Positions 1 to 13,607 of a stretch of DNA of 64,000 nucleotides are shown here, one piece after another. The notes under the pieces were generated by a model. The model searched no databases and was not told the origin of the DNA. It saw nothing but the letters and a program-made list of their open reading frames with translations. Source of the DNA: Schmidtea polychroa (Eukaryota); contig CM097885.1 in NCBI GenBank assembly GCA_044892525.1, forward strand, positions 5,706,001 to 5,770,000, written 5' to 3'. A program made the translations under genes and the position numbers. Position 1 is the first letter of the stretch, and the number at the start of each line of letters is the position of its first letter.

Positions 1-759
1 TGGTTGTGAGTACTTGGTATCTAGTTGTTAGTTTTTAGCTGGTTGTTGGTACTTAGTAGGTGGTTGTAGGTACTTAGTATCAGGTAACTGGTTGTTAGCT
101 GGTTGTAACTAGTTAATAGGTAGGTGGTTGTAAGTACTTGGTAGGTTGTAAGTAGTTGGTAGATTTTTTAGATTTTGATAAGAAGATATTGTATTTGATG
201 AAGAATATTTTGTATTTAATTGCAATTATTTTTATGTGTTGTTAGTTGATTGTTGGTACTTGGTATCTGGTTGATAGTTGGTTGTTAGTACTTGGTAGGT
301 GGTTGGTTGTTAGTACTTAGTAGTTGGTTAATAATGCTTAGTACCTAGTTGTTGTTGGTTGTTAGTACTTAGTATCTAGTTGTTAGTATCTAGTTGTAGG
401 TATCTGGTTGTAACTACATGTTCGTAAGTTACTGGTTGTTGGTACTAAGTTGTTAGTTTGTTGTTGAATTATTAATAAAATTTGTCTTTGAAAAATATTT
501 CATTAAAATTTTCATTAAAAATTATCTTAAAAATTTCCATCTAAAATTATCATTGAAAAATATTCCATAAAAATTTCCATTAAAAATTACCATTGAAAAT
601 TTTCATTAAAAAAATTTCAATTCTCAAACACCTTCTATTATTTCAACTTTTTGTTAATAAATTTAAAAATCTTACTTTAATTTACATATTACATTACTTA
701 TTTAAATATTATTACTTTAATTTAATTTTTTTACCATTGATTACTTAATTTTTAAATTT

Positions 760-1385
760 GGACCATAATTTACTTTAATTTAATTTTTTAGAACCATAAT
801 TTACTGTAATTTAATTTTTTTAGAACCATAATTTACTGTAATTTAATATTTTAGAACCTTAATTTACTGTAATTTGAAAAATTTGAGCCATTATTTACTT
901 TAATTGAAAAATCTGAGCATATTAATTACTTTAATTCGAAAATATGAACCTTAATTTAATTTTTTAGGACCATAATTAACTTTAATTTAATTTTTTAGGA
1001 CCATTATTTACTTTAATTTAAAATTTTGAACCTTAATTTAGTTATTTGAGCCCATTCATTACTTTAATTGAAAAATCTAAGCCCATAATTTACTTTAATT
1101 CAAAAATTTGGACCATAATTTACTGTAATTTTAAAATTTGGACCATAATTAACTGTAATTCAATTTTTTTTTAGACCATAATTTACTGTAATATAATTTT
1201 TTAGAACCATAATTTACTGTAATTTAATTTTTTAGGACCATAATTACCTTATTTGAAAAATTTGAACCATAATTTACTTTAATTGAAAAATTTGGACCAT
1301 AATTTACTGTAATTTAAAAATCTTAGTCCATAATTTACTGTAATTCAATTTTTAGAACCATAATTTACTTTAATTTTAAAAAATT
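760..1385. repeat. Degenerate ~30-bp AT-rich tandem repeat (core ACCATAATTTACTGTAATT)
   Basis: The motif recurs many times with variable spacers. Confidence 0.8.
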
Positions 1386-2410
1386 TACCACGTTTTTTAG
1401 TGTAGACCACATATTTCTCAGGACCAAGGAGACCCACCTTAATTTAATTCGAAAAATCCATGCTTTTTTATTGATAGTCGGATTTTTGTATTGAAAATAT
1501 CCTGAGACCTTAAATTACCATGCTTTTTTAGTGAGACCGCCTTTTTGTATTGAAAATATCATGAGACCTTAAATTACCATGCTTTTTTATTGATAGTCGG
1601 ATTTTTGTATTGAAAATATCATGAGACCTTAAATTACCATGCTTTTTTATTGAAGATCAGCTTTTGTATTGAAAATATCCTAAGACCTTAAATTACCATG
1701 CTTTTTTAGTGAAGACCAGTTTTTGTATTGAAAATATCCTGAGACCTTAAATTACCATGCCTTTTTATTGATAGTCGGATTTTTGTATTGAAAATATCAT
1801 GAGACCTTAAATTACCATGCTTTTTTAGTGTAGACCAGCTTTTTGTATTGAAAATATCCTGAGACCTTAAATTACCACGTTTTTTTAGTGTAGACCACCT
1901 ATTTCTCAGGACCAAGGAGACTCACCTCACTATAGTCTGAAAAATCCTTGGCTTTTTTAGTGTAGACCACCTATTTGTATTGAAAATATCCTGAGACCTT
2001 AAATTACCATGCTTTTTAGTGTAGACCAGCTTTTTGTATTGAAAATATCCCGAGACCTTAAATTACCACGTTTTTTAGTGTAGAACACCTATTTCTCAGG
2101 ACCAAGGAGACTCACCTCACTATAGTCTGAAAAATCCTTGGCTTTTTTAGTGGTAGTCGGATTTTTGTATAGAAAATCCCAGGACCATCGAGACCCCCTC
2201 ACTATAGTCTGAAAATTCCTTGGCTTTTTTAGTGTAGACCGGCTTTTTGTATTGAAAAAAATTTTTTGTATTGAAAATCCCAGGACCATCGAGACCCCCT
2301 CACTATAGTCTGAAAAATCCTTGGCTTTTTTAGTGGTAGTCGGATTTTTGTATAGAAAAATTTAATTTGTATTGAAAATCCCAGGACCATCGAGACCCCC
2401 TCACTATAGT
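1386..2410. repeat. ~59-60-bp tandem repeat (GTATTGAAAATATCCTGAGACCTTAAATTACCATGC) with interspersed CTCACTATAGTCTGAAAAATCC units
   Basis: Periodicity is directly visible and explains spurious ORFs 1706-2450. Confidence 0.9.
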
Positions 2411-3349
2411 GTGATAAAAAAAAATTTGGACCAAAAATCCCTGAAAGCAAAAAAATGAGTTGGGAACAATTGCGTAATAAAAATTTGGGAACAACCCCCC
2501 CCCCCGGGGGGGGGGGGGTAATTGTTCCCGTAGGCCACTATCTACCTACTACTCAAGTTAATTTTAATAATTTAGAGGAAGAGTATAAGGAGTCAGAGTT
2601 ATATGAGACCTGGTGATTATACAGTGCGAAGAACAATATATTACTTTTTAAAATAATAAATTCTTCTTATTACTCCAAAGTTTTGAATTACATTCTTCTT
2701 GAAGACATCTTGGACTCTATAATCGTTTCTTAATTTCCAGAATTGTTCCCCTCAATATTGCATATGAAACGTTATTTATACCAATTATATTATTGTTCTT
2801 TATTTTTATATCAGGAAAATACCTTGCCAGTCCTCTATCATATTTTCTGCAAAACATCGACTAAATATGCTGACCTATTTCCAAAGGTTTCGCTTTGTGA
2901 AAATTAGAAAACCCCCCAAAATCTTTTTCTCAGGCAATCTCTTCACTATTGTGACATGCAAATGTCTTCCAATCGGGTATGAAAACTCAACATAAACCCT
3001 TTGAGGGTTGATAGGGTACATTTTTGTATTTTGTCGTTTGGTGCTAGTGCTTGAAACTGGCAGAAGGCATATTATTTTTATTCATTGAGTTGCAAAAAAC
3101 AGACTAAGAGACGAAGGTAGTAAGAATTTTATTTATATAAATATTTTTCGTTATCCGTAAAACATTATCTTAATGATCCAAATCAATGATATTTGACGGA
3201 GTGTCCACGAAGAAATCTAAAGGATTCAAGGTTATTTAGAGAGTATGACGTTCTGTTCCCCGGATCACTTTCTACAATACTAGCCTCGTAAAGGATGGAT
3301 TGTTTCTAATAAGCATATCTTCCGGAGACTTCATAGGGCTTTTAATATA

Positions 3350-3842
3350 CCGTGTTTCCTCAAAAATATGACAATGACAATGTCATATTAATTTTATTGA
3401 AATAACAACGTCGGGTCTTATTTTCGAAGGAGTTTTGAAGTTTAATAAAAAAATTGATAAAACCTTATTAAGAAATAATACGCGCCTCTTTAAATAATGA
3501 GAACATTGATAAGTATATCTATCTTAACACATGGGCCATCAGTATATTATTATTGCTACTACATTTTCATTGGCCAGATGTTGCTACTATAATAGGCTAT
3601 TACATATACGCCAATAAAATGATTACAAACAAGCCAGGGTTTATATTATAACAATGAGCTGAGGTACGAGTTATCTCGTACCTGGCGGTGAATGTATTAA
3701 AAGAATGCAGATTTTAATACTTATTAAATTGAATCCTTCGTTTATTTCATAATAAAATGATAATAACATATTTGTCCAATATTTGCGATTAACTTCTTTA
3801 GGTCTTTTTTTCGAGGGGTGTCTTACTTTTGAGGAAACACGG
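3350..3842. mobile_element. Tc1/mariner(pogo)-type MITE
   Basis: TIRs CCGTGTTTCCTCAAAA / TTTTGAGGAAACACGG, flanked by TA on both sides. Confidence 0.8.
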
Positions 3843-3896
3843 TATAATTAAAATTTGTTTATATATTTACAAAATAACTTTAAAATATCATTTTTA

Positions 3897-5420
3897 ATGA
3901 AAACTTTGAATGTCCATCAAATGACTGGAGGGGCTCTTTTGTCAACGGCCAAATTGAAAAAACTTCAACAAGGAATTTCCGATAAATCTTCCGAATCGAA
4001 TCAAAGAATTTCCTGGGAATTACTAAAAAAAACAATTGGAAATTTAATAAATCGGATCTGTGATAAGAACTTTGAATCGACAGTCAAAGAACTGCTCTCT
4101 ATCAACATCATCCGAGGATGTGGAATCCTGACACGGACGATAATCTCCGCTCAAGTTAACTCCCCAATTTTTACCGGACTTCACTCATCAATTGTCGCTT
4201 GTGTGAATTTCTTTTTCCCGGAAATTGGGCAAATGGTTTCCGCAAAATTGAGGAAAAATTTCCAAACCTCATACAATGCAAAAGATTGGAACAAATGTCT
4301 ATCGACGTGTATATTCCTCTGTCATCTCGCTTATAAAACAGTAATATACTCACAACTGATTGACGAGATACTCGATATTTTTCTCTGTGATATCTCGAGA
4401 GAAAAAGTGAAAATAGCCATTTTAATAATGAAAGAAATTTGTTCTTTTCCCGATAAAGGATTTGCGGAAAGGTTCTCCATGAATTTCATTCAAATAGAGA
4501 AAATTATTAAGGAAACAAATACAGATCATTACTTGGATGATTTAATAAAAAGCGAAAAGTTTGGTTCTCGCTTTCACAAAGTTCCAGATTTGAAATTTCA
4601 GAACCAATTCACTCACGACATCAAGCTCAATGGTAGCATGGCTTGGAAGGAGGAATTATGTGTCTTCCGTTTCAATGAGAACTTTTTAGAGAACGAGACT
4701 CAATATGAGCGAATTAAAGCTCAAATTCTTACCGGACTGAATAGTAGTAAAACAGAGTTTGATTTATATTACAGAAGGGTAGAACCAGACATTCAAGAAA
4801 ACGTCTCTCGTGTAAAAGACATGAATGCGGCAGAGAACCTCCGTAACATTGGACTATTAGTCTTGGAATCAAGTTCTATAGAATTAGCTCAAAAGTATTA
4901 TAAACTCGATAAAAATATATCTCTAGAATTGGAGAACTTATTCCGAAATTACTATGCAAATATTAACCAATCAGAAAAATCGAAAATAAATAATATTGCA
5001 AAGTTCTTTTCTAAGCTCCTTTTAGCCAATATAATTTCTTGGGACGTCTTTTGTATCATAAAATTGAATCCAAGAGAATCTTCGTTGTTTTCGAGACATT
5101 TTTTAAGAGTTCTACTGCTAGAAATTGGAGAAACGAATTTTAAACAACATTACGCCAATGTTGACACGAGAAACCATTTTAAATATATCTTACCAATTGA
5201 TAAACCAAAGGATTTCGAATTTGTCATTCAATTTTTCTTCGGAATAGGATTAGGAAGATTTCTTTTTGACACATACATGTTTCAGCACGAGTCTTTTCAA
5301 AACTGCTCTTTAATTAAACGGATCGTTAGGAAAAGAAAATATTCAGAATATGATTCAAATTTCTTCTTCGAGGAATCTAGCGAAGAAGCTGTGAAACGAA
5401 AACGAATCCGATTCGATTAA
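3897..5420 (+). CDS. CWC22-like pre-mRNA splicing factor paralog (MIF4G + MA3 domains), intronless
   Basis: TGGALLSTAKLKKLQQGISDKSSESNQRISWELLKKTIGNLINRI matches the CWC22 MIF4G N-terminus. KINNIAKFFSKLL...ISWDVFCIIKL...SRHFLRVLLLE matches the MA3 region. First ATG is at 3897. Confidence 0.85.
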   Translation: MKTLNVHQMTGGALLSTAKLKKLQQGISDKSSESNQRISWELLKKTIGNLINRICDKNFESTVKELLSINIIRGCGILTRTIISAQVNSPIFTGLHSSIVACVNFFFPEIGQMVSAKLRKNFQTSYNAKDWNKCLSTCIFLCHLAYKTVIYSQLIDEILDIFLCDISREKVKIAILIMKEICSFPDKGFAERFSMNFIQIEKIIKETNTDHYLDDLIKSEKFGSRFHKVPDLKFQNQFTHDIKLNGSMAWKEELCVFRFNENFLENETQYERIKAQILTGLNSSKTEFDLYYRRVEPDIQENVSRVKDMNAAENLRNIGLLVLESSSIELAQKYYKLDKNISLELENLFRNYYANINQSEKSKINNIAKFFSKLLLANIISWDVFCIIKLNPRESSLFSRHFLRVLLLEIGETNFKQHYANVDTRNHFKYILPIDKPKDFEFVIQFFFGIGLGRFLFDTYMFQHESFQNCSLIKRIVRKRKYSEYDSNFFFEESSEEAVKRKRIRFD

Positions 5421-5929
5421 TATGAATTCATTCAGTGTCAGACCTCCATGAAACTAAAATTGTTGTCAAACAATCATTGAAACTATAAGTACCAAGTCTT
5501 TATATATTATTGGTATTCAAAACCACAAATCCAAACATCCCTAAAGTCATAAAGACATATTTAAATGTGACTAATGTTCAAACACCATTTCAAAATTCAA
5601 TTGCTATAAGCAGAAACATGTGTGTATTGCCCGATGCATGCACATATACTTATTAGTGGCATACAGTCAAAATCATATGACAACATTTGATTTGCAATTT
5701 CAGGATTGTTCGGTTATTAAATTATACTAAATAAATAAAAGTTTGATTCAATTTGGTTTCTTTTGTTAATTCTTTCTTTCGAAAATTTAAATTTTGATAA
5801 ATTGCTTTGAAATCAATTTGATGATGTGACGCAAAATCTTTTTTGAAAATATTTGGACTTTGAACTTGAAATGTCCACTTTAAATGAAAAGTTTGGGTTA
5901 TTATAACTAAATTAAATAAGTGGTATAAG

Positions 5930-8369
5930 TAGAGTGTCTGTCTCGAGATTTCTCGCGAGAAATTTCTCGCTAGAATGGTATTTTTTTTAACTTCTCGTCT
6001 CGCCGAGACATTATGGTACTTCTCGTCGAGACAAGAATAAAAAATTTATAATTTTTTTAAAATTTAGTTGCTAGGTATTCTTTTTTTTGTGAGAGATAAT
6101 TTGCTATGAGAAAAATTAAAAAAAAAGGTTTTTTTTGAATCTAGTTGCATTGCTTTTTTTTTGTGATTATTGTGCTTCCATGGTTTTCTTTAACATGCAA
6201 AATGAATGTTTTGTTATGTTAGTTTGATTTCGTAAAGACACTGATTATTATATTTCAAAAATATTTCGAAAATAAAAGAAGGTATATTTTTCAAATAACA
6301 CTGAATTAATAAATTATTACAATTTCTTAACGAAATTTTTTACTTGTAGATTCAAAATTTAAAATTAGACTTCCCAAAAATGGAATCAGAATCATGGAAA
6401 CATTACAAAAAAAATGAAAAAGGCAAATATGCAGTATGCAATTACTGCACAAACAAAATATCCATTAAAGGATCATCAACAACTGGTTTAATACGTCATT
6501 TAAAGACGAAACATAGTATATCAATTAAGACCAAAAATACCTTACACCAAGAGAATGAAACCGAAGAAAATGTTCCTGCCAAAAAGCCAAAATTTCAATC
6601 ATCTATATTTAAATTTGTAAAACGAGCATCTTTAGCTCAAATTATTTCGCGATTAGTGGCAAAGGATGGAATATCTTTTCGTGCCATCAGTAATAGTAGC
6701 TTCATCCGACAATCAATTACTGAGCGGGGCTATACGCTACCAAAACATCAATCCGATATTCAAAAACTTGTCAGAGATTATTATTATGAAATAAAAAGTC
6801 ATATATGCGATGAAATCAATGTATTAAAAACCAGCAACACCAAATTCAGCATCACAACAGACGAATGGACTAGTCAAGAAACCGGCGGTATATGAACATT
6901 AATCTACACTACAGTGATGGTAAATTTTGTAATTTAGGACTTGCAAGAATAGATGGCGCTTGTCCAAGTGAAAAGGCTGTAGAAATGGTTAAAAATAGAT
7001 TGCGTGATTTGGACTAAGCTTTTCAGACATAGTTAGTTGCACAAGTGATGGTGCAGTTGTTATGGTAAAGTTTGGTAAATTGATTCCGTCATACCATCAA
7101 CTTTGCTACAACCATGGTGTTCACTTGGCTATTTTAGACGTTCTGTATAAGAAACCTGTCGAATATTTACCACAAATTAACTCTTATTTATCTTCCTCGG
7201 ACTCTGAACTTTCTGATGAAAGCACATATTTTGAAGATTACAACATACAAGTACCAAATATTAATAGTGACATTAATATTATTTTAAATCGTTTGAGGAA
7301 AATCGTGAAATATTTTAAACTATCACCAACAAAAAATTCTATTCTGCAAAATAAAGTAAAAGAAAAGCATGGGAAAGAACTTTCATTATTGTTGGATTGC
7401 CGAACTAGATGGAACACTATTGTAGTGATGATTGAGAGATATTTGAAAATTAAAGAAAGTGTTAATGATACGTTAAAATTTTTAAATATTGAAAATTATA
7501 TTATTGAAGAAAATGATATCACTATTTTGGAAAATTTAATGAATATTTTAAAGCCAGTTAAATTAGCTGTTGAAGCACTCGGTAAAGAAGATTCAAATTT
7601 ATTAACTAGCGAAGGTATTTTCCAGTTCCTATTCGAAACCATAAATGAAAATAGAAGTAGTCTGGCTAAAGAACTTCTTTCTGCATTAAAAAACAGATTT
7701 AACGCAAGAAGAAATAAGCAAATAGTATCAGTTATACAATTCTTACAGAATCCACAAATATTAAAATCAAATATTTCCTTTGAAGAGCTAAACTTGTGTT
7801 CTAAAACCGAAATTTTAAAAACAATAAAAGATATTATGAACAAGCACTTTCAAAAGGATGTTAACTCTGAAGAAGAACAAAATTGCAGCGAAATAACAAC
7901 AGTAGCAACAGGAATAAGTACAACACTTTTGGATAAATTACAACAAAACGTAGCATCTCGGTTCAAGACAATGCCGATAAATGAGGATATAAACAAATCC
8001 CTGACTAAAGAATTTAATTTATATGAGTTAAATGGGATTATTTCGGGCAATTTGAAGAATATTTTGGAAGCGTTAAAAACAATTAAGCCAACATCGACCG
8101 AGAGTGAGAGAGTTTCTTCAACTGCCGGAAATTTTGTTACAAAAAAACGTTCTGCATTGGGAGATGATTCCATAAATATGTTATGTTTTTTAAAATCATA
8201 TTTTAATAAAAATGAATAAATTTTATATTACTCTCTTTATAGGATTTGTTGTTATTTCTTTACATTTTCTTATGTATTAATATCTCGAGATTTCTCGAGA
8301 TCTCGTACAAATTTTGTCGAGAACTCTCGTCTCGACGAGAAATGAAACCGGCGAGAAACAGATGCTCTA
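5930..8369 (+). mobile_element. hAT DNA transposon, full length
   Basis: Imperfect TIR TAGAGTGTCTGT / ACAGATGCTCTA; exact 8-bp TSD GGTATAAG (5922-5929, 8370-8377); TCTCG-rich subterminal repeats. Confidence 0.95.
6380..8219 (+). pseudogene. hAT transposase with BED zinc finger, frameshifted
   Basis: Motifs W..Y...AVCNYC...STTGLIRHLKTKH (BED), TTDEWTS, CYNHGVHL, DCRTRWNT and PTSTESERVSS (hATC). The frame is broken at ~6880 and ~7010. Confidence 0.9.
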
Positions 8370-9210
8370 GGTATAAGTAATGAAGATTTGCCTCTAAATT
8401 GTCAAATACAGTTTTGTCATTTTATGGTTTGGGAGATGGTGGCAGCCAGGAAGTTTAGGAACTAGTGACTAAGAAACTACAAAAGGTTTTTTCTACAGTT
8501 TTTTATAAAGTGAATGTGTTGGTCGAAGTATGCTCAGGACCTTGCACCAAAGAGTTAATGAACATCTAGATCCTGATGGAAAATCCTAGTTATACAAACA
8601 TCTCCAACAATGTCAACCAAGTAAAGAAAGAAAAAATACTTCAAAATCTTAGCCAATCCAAAAGAAATATCAGATTTAAGGAAGCAATTCTCATAATAAA
8701 CAGTTGGCCAACAATCAACACTAAAGAAGAGATCAATGAAATCATCAATTTGATTTGTTGTTTTTGACCTTGAGAATAAAAAATTATAAAAAATTAAATT
8801 AAAAATTAAAAATAATAATTAAAAATAATATAAAATAATAGATAAAATATAATTTTAGAAGATCATATGGATTTAAAAATCAAAGAATAAACATTTTTTA
8901 AAATAATTAAATTGCGTATATAAATAGTTATTGGAAACTATATTTTATAAATATTTTAAGATAGTATTTATTAAAATAAGTTTCTATGAGCTAATTATAA
9001 AAGCTTTAAAAATTTAAAAATTTTTCATAATGAGTCGTTTTGAATTTTAAAGGATATACAATTATAAAAATTTTTTTAGAATTTTAAATTCTTGAGAAAA
9101 AAGGCTTTTTCATTTGTATTAAATATATTATTCGCAGCGAAAGGCTTAAATTATCATTTAATTTTTTTATATTTAATCAATGTCGCTACCAAGTAATCAT
9201 CAGTTTATAC

Positions 9211-9391
<181 letters not shown>

Positions 9392-9826
9392 ACATATAAC
9401 TATGAAATGTAAGTTACCATAACACGTGTCATATGGGAGATGTTAGAGATCAGTGAAGTGAAACATTTGCACATAAACCCATGTGCTGCTATTGATTGTA
9501 AGTAACGGCTTGGGAAACTCATCTGACAAATACAAAAGCCTACAGGAAATATTTGACAATTATTTATTAAGTTCCCTAACTTAGAAAATTTGGAATGAAT
9601 TGGCACTGTCTAAACGTTTTTCTCAGTGAGTTTGTCAACCACAATTTATGAAAATTTTATAATTTATTTTATTGTTAGTCATAATTTTCACGGTTCAATT
9701 TTCCCGAGTCGAGTCACGTAAAGATTGGTTGAAATGGTTCAAGTCGTTCAAGCTGGTTAAAGTAGAGATGTTGAGTGGACGAACCTTAGGAATACATAAA
9801 AATGTTCCTACCGGTAATTGCTATAA

Positions 9827-10033
<207 letters not shown>

Positions 10034-10050
10034 TAGCATTTGATATTGTA

Positions 10051-11024
10051 ATGGATGGGTTAAAGTATGGAATAGATCCATCTTTATTGGTTGATCCTGT
10101 AAACCATGGTCCGAATCAAGCAGATCTTATTTATGGAAAAGGTTTGACATTGAAGGGAAATTATCTCAATCCGATAACTTTAACTGTAAATATATATTTT
10201 TCTGATTTCTTAATTTTTTCCCATAGGTTAGCCTTCCTGTGCTTAAGAAACAGCAAAATGTTTGTGGTCTTGTAATAACTTCACTAAATGACGCTGGGAA
10301 TGAATTCATTTTCAACATGAGATTAATGTGGCAAGCAGATTCTAGAATACCCTGGGATCTGATTGCAAACCCCACAAACGGAGATTATGTAATGCAATTA
10401 CGAATTACGCAACTGAATCGTTAATTAATTCAGGAATATTATCTTCGGATGAGACCGAACTTGAATACAAGGGTGGTGATTTTTGATTCCATTCCGGCCC
10501 TACAATTGATGCTAATGTTGACCACGATTCCAGGAAAGAATGTCAATTTTAAGTTGGCGTTCCTAAGAAATTGTCGCTATAAAGGTTTGTGATAAATGGT
10601 TAAAGTTTTCAGAATAAGTCTCTGTCTATAGACACGATTAATATCGTAGATTGCTCTGAAAAAATTGACGCAAATCCTCGCTTCCAGAATTTGCCATTTG
10701 AAGTTCCAATAAGGTTTATTAATTATAATTTTAATTATATTGAGATTTATAAACAAACATTTATATGAGTTTGACACATTCTTAATTTTACACTACCCAT
10801 ATCTTTCGTAATAATATACTTTTAATATTTTTACCTCTTCGAATAAGCCGACATTTATATTTGATATAGTTATTTTATCCGTTGACCTTCAGACCTCAGT
10901 GTAAGAGAACCTCCATACACCAATTAATCTGTGTCCTGGTCTCGTTTCTCAAGCCAAAAACATTGGAAAGATTATGTTCTACTCCTATTCTCAAGTCCAA
11001 GAGCATTGCCAACCTAGTGGAATA
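10051..11024 (+). CDS. Putative multi-exon gene of unknown function (exons ~10051-10185, 10227-10388, 10434-10584, ~10613-10712, ~10893-11024)
   Basis: Open frames are joined by ~40-45-nt GT..AG introns (…NPITLT|VSLPVLKKQQNVCGLVITS…NGDY|EYYLRMR…). The exon 3/4 phase does not resolve cleanly. Confidence 0.45.
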
Positions 11025-12052
11025 AATAAAGTTTGTGAGCATAATAGAGTTTTGAAAAAAAATTAAGTCTTGTCGAAATAAAAATTTTAACAAAAATCTC
11101 TAGAGTATATTGAAAAGAATCATTTGTGAAACATTGGTGATTATAAAATAAATATTCAAAACACTCTCAGTGGATATTTTAATCATTTTTAATTAATTAT
11201 TTATATATAATTTTTATTATTATAAAAACTATTTTCAAATTTCACCACTGATTTCTTCTCAATTGACATTGTATTCATTGCATTCTAGCTTGACAATGAA
11301 TCAGTAAATATATCGATGTTTTTTTTATATTTACTGATTCATAGTCAAGCTTTTTAATAAATACAATGATAGTTTTTATTTGTGCTCTTTTATTTTTTTA
11401 TTCATAAATTATTATAATTTATTGATTAAATACATTTTTTATTTACACTCACAGTTATCTAAAGATGACATTTAAATATTTTTAACTTTTTTTCTTTAAT
11501 AAAATTTAATAATTTTATTATTAATTAGTATAATTAATTAATTAATTATAAGAAATTTTTTCAATTTTCACAATAATGGATGAATTTTGTGTAATATTAT
11601 TTTTCCTATGCCGATCGCATTAAAATGTGGCGTAAAACTTTATAGTGCATGGTTATGTGCATGGGAACCTTTTTGAAAAACCAATTGATAATTAAAGGAA
11701 ACTTTATTGTAGAAGTGCTAGTCCTTTTTTGATAGACAACAATTTTAGGAAAGACAAATGACAAAAAAGGTCATTACTTGAATATCAAGTAAATTTTTTT
11801 AGGATTCGCTTTTCCAAAATTATTTATTTACCGGTATGTCACCATATTTTACTTTACTAACAGGTACCCATTTTAAAAGAGATTTGGACCTCGAATTTTA
11901 AGCATGATTCGATTGATTTTCATTATAATGTAATAAATGCATATTTTCTCAAAATCTTTTGTAATCTTTAATTGTTCATTAATTAATTAATTTATTTAAT
12001 AAATTAAATTAAATATTATTTTATGAAGAAATTTTTCACTATTTTCTTTCAG

Positions 12053-13454
12053 CATAAAATGCCCTGTGAACTGCATTAGAAGTTGGCCGTGTTGGGGATT
12101 TAAGGTCTACTCAACAGTAATTAGTAACTTTGTTGCAAAGTATTTTAAATAGGTTTTAGGATTCACCTATTTGTTGGGCAGCTACTCAAAACTTTGGAAG
12201 ATGGGGTGACGGATATTATACAGTTTATAAAATTCCGGCATCAGCGAAATTCGATTCAGAACTAAATCCAGTGCTTAATCACGGAGTGTTTTGTAGAAAG
12301 TAAGGGTTTAAAAATTTAAGTGAGAACTAACATATTTTCTTACCAAGACATTTAAATTCATATTTTATATAAAATAAGTATTACAAAAAAAGTATTTTCG
12401 TTGTTTTATTTGTTTATTGTGGTATACATTTATATCCTATTATATCCTATACATTTATATATTAAGTCGAAATCAACAATCGCGCTGGGCATCCTATTTT
12501 AGAGTGCCCCTTAATATTAAATACATTAGAAAAACGAATTGAAAGAAAAAAACAAAGATGAAAATCCAAAATTCGTTTTACTGTCAAACAAATCTAGTTG
12601 GCTACGATTTAATTTGAAACAAATTTACCTAATAATTCAGTGGTTTTTAAAATAAATAGAAATGCCAACGTTGGCAATTGACAATATTGTCAAATATTAG
12701 ACAGGTTTCAAAATGAGGCAGAACATTTTAGACATTGATGGCGGGTATCTATAAATATAGTATGCCATTTATGAACCTTTTTTCATTTGCTTTCACAATA
12801 AAATAAATTTTACATCTATAGAAATAATTGAAACATTTTATTGTGGTAGAAAAATTAGAGGGTTTCCATGCATGCATTACATCAGCCATGGCCAACCGGT
12901 GGCCCGCGGAGCGTTTTGATGTGGTCCGGACACAATTTTAAACATCAAATCAATAATTGTCTTTTTTAGAATTCATATTCGAATTAAGCATGTTTTTAAT
13001 TTAAAAACTTGATTCTAAGTTTACTTGAATCGTAAAAACGAGTTATATTTATTTAAATGAATTTATTGTGGCCCGTGATAGTATTTTCCCGAAAATTTGG
13101 CCCTTCGATTGATTTGGGTTGGCCACCACTGCATTACATGAATCTATGTAATAAATGCAAAGCACTTTATGGTTTTTCATATTCGTAATGACTAAAGAAT
13201 ATAAATACATAAGGGGAGATTTAATCAAGATTGTATTTTTTAGGGAAATTCAGTAATTGAAATATTATTATTATGTAATAATATATTAAATTAATTCAAA
13301 TCAAAGTTTTATTATTTTATAGATCAATTTTGGAGTATCAAGCATTTACATTTGACAGGAAATATTTTGGTAATTTTTTCCTTTACCAAATATATTACAT
13401 TAAATTTTCATAGATATAACAAAACTAGATTATCGAGATACAATGGGTGCATGA
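12053..13454 (+). CDS. LCCL-domain protein, 3' exons (12053-12116, 12160-12299, ~13323-13369, ~13414-13454); 5' end not resolved
   Basis: Spliced translation IKCPVNCIRSWPCWGFKVYST|DSPICWAATQNFGRWGDGYYTVYKIP…NHGVFCRK|SILEYQAFTF fits the LCCL pattern CP..C…G..VY..DS.IC.AA…NGV…FT. Confidence 0.65.
12883..13131. mobile_element. hAT (Charlie-like) MITE in intron
   Basis: TIR CAGCCATGGCCAACC / GGTTGGCCACCACTG; 8-bp TSD CATTACAT. Confidence 0.9.
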
Positions 13455-13607
13455 AAGCGTTAAAAATTTAACGTTTCAAATATTTAACTGGTTGTGGATT
13501 ATTAAAACATGATTTCATTAATAAATTTATTTATATATGTAATTGAAAATTAAATGCATTTTGTTTTAAATCATATTTTTGTGTGGTTTTTTTAAAATAA
13601 ATATAAG

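Larger units (their letters stand above)
1..2553. mobile_element. Probable terminus (long repetitive TIR) of a Polinton/Maverick-like element
   Basis: The repeat tract ends abruptly at ...CTATCTACCTACTACT (2553), whose reverse complement AGTAGTAGGTAG matches the AGT-repeat ends of Polintons. A subterminal hairpin GGGAACAA-polyC-polyG-TAATTGTTCCC and nested tandem repeats lie inside. No Polinton ORF or second end is in the window. Confidence 0.5.
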
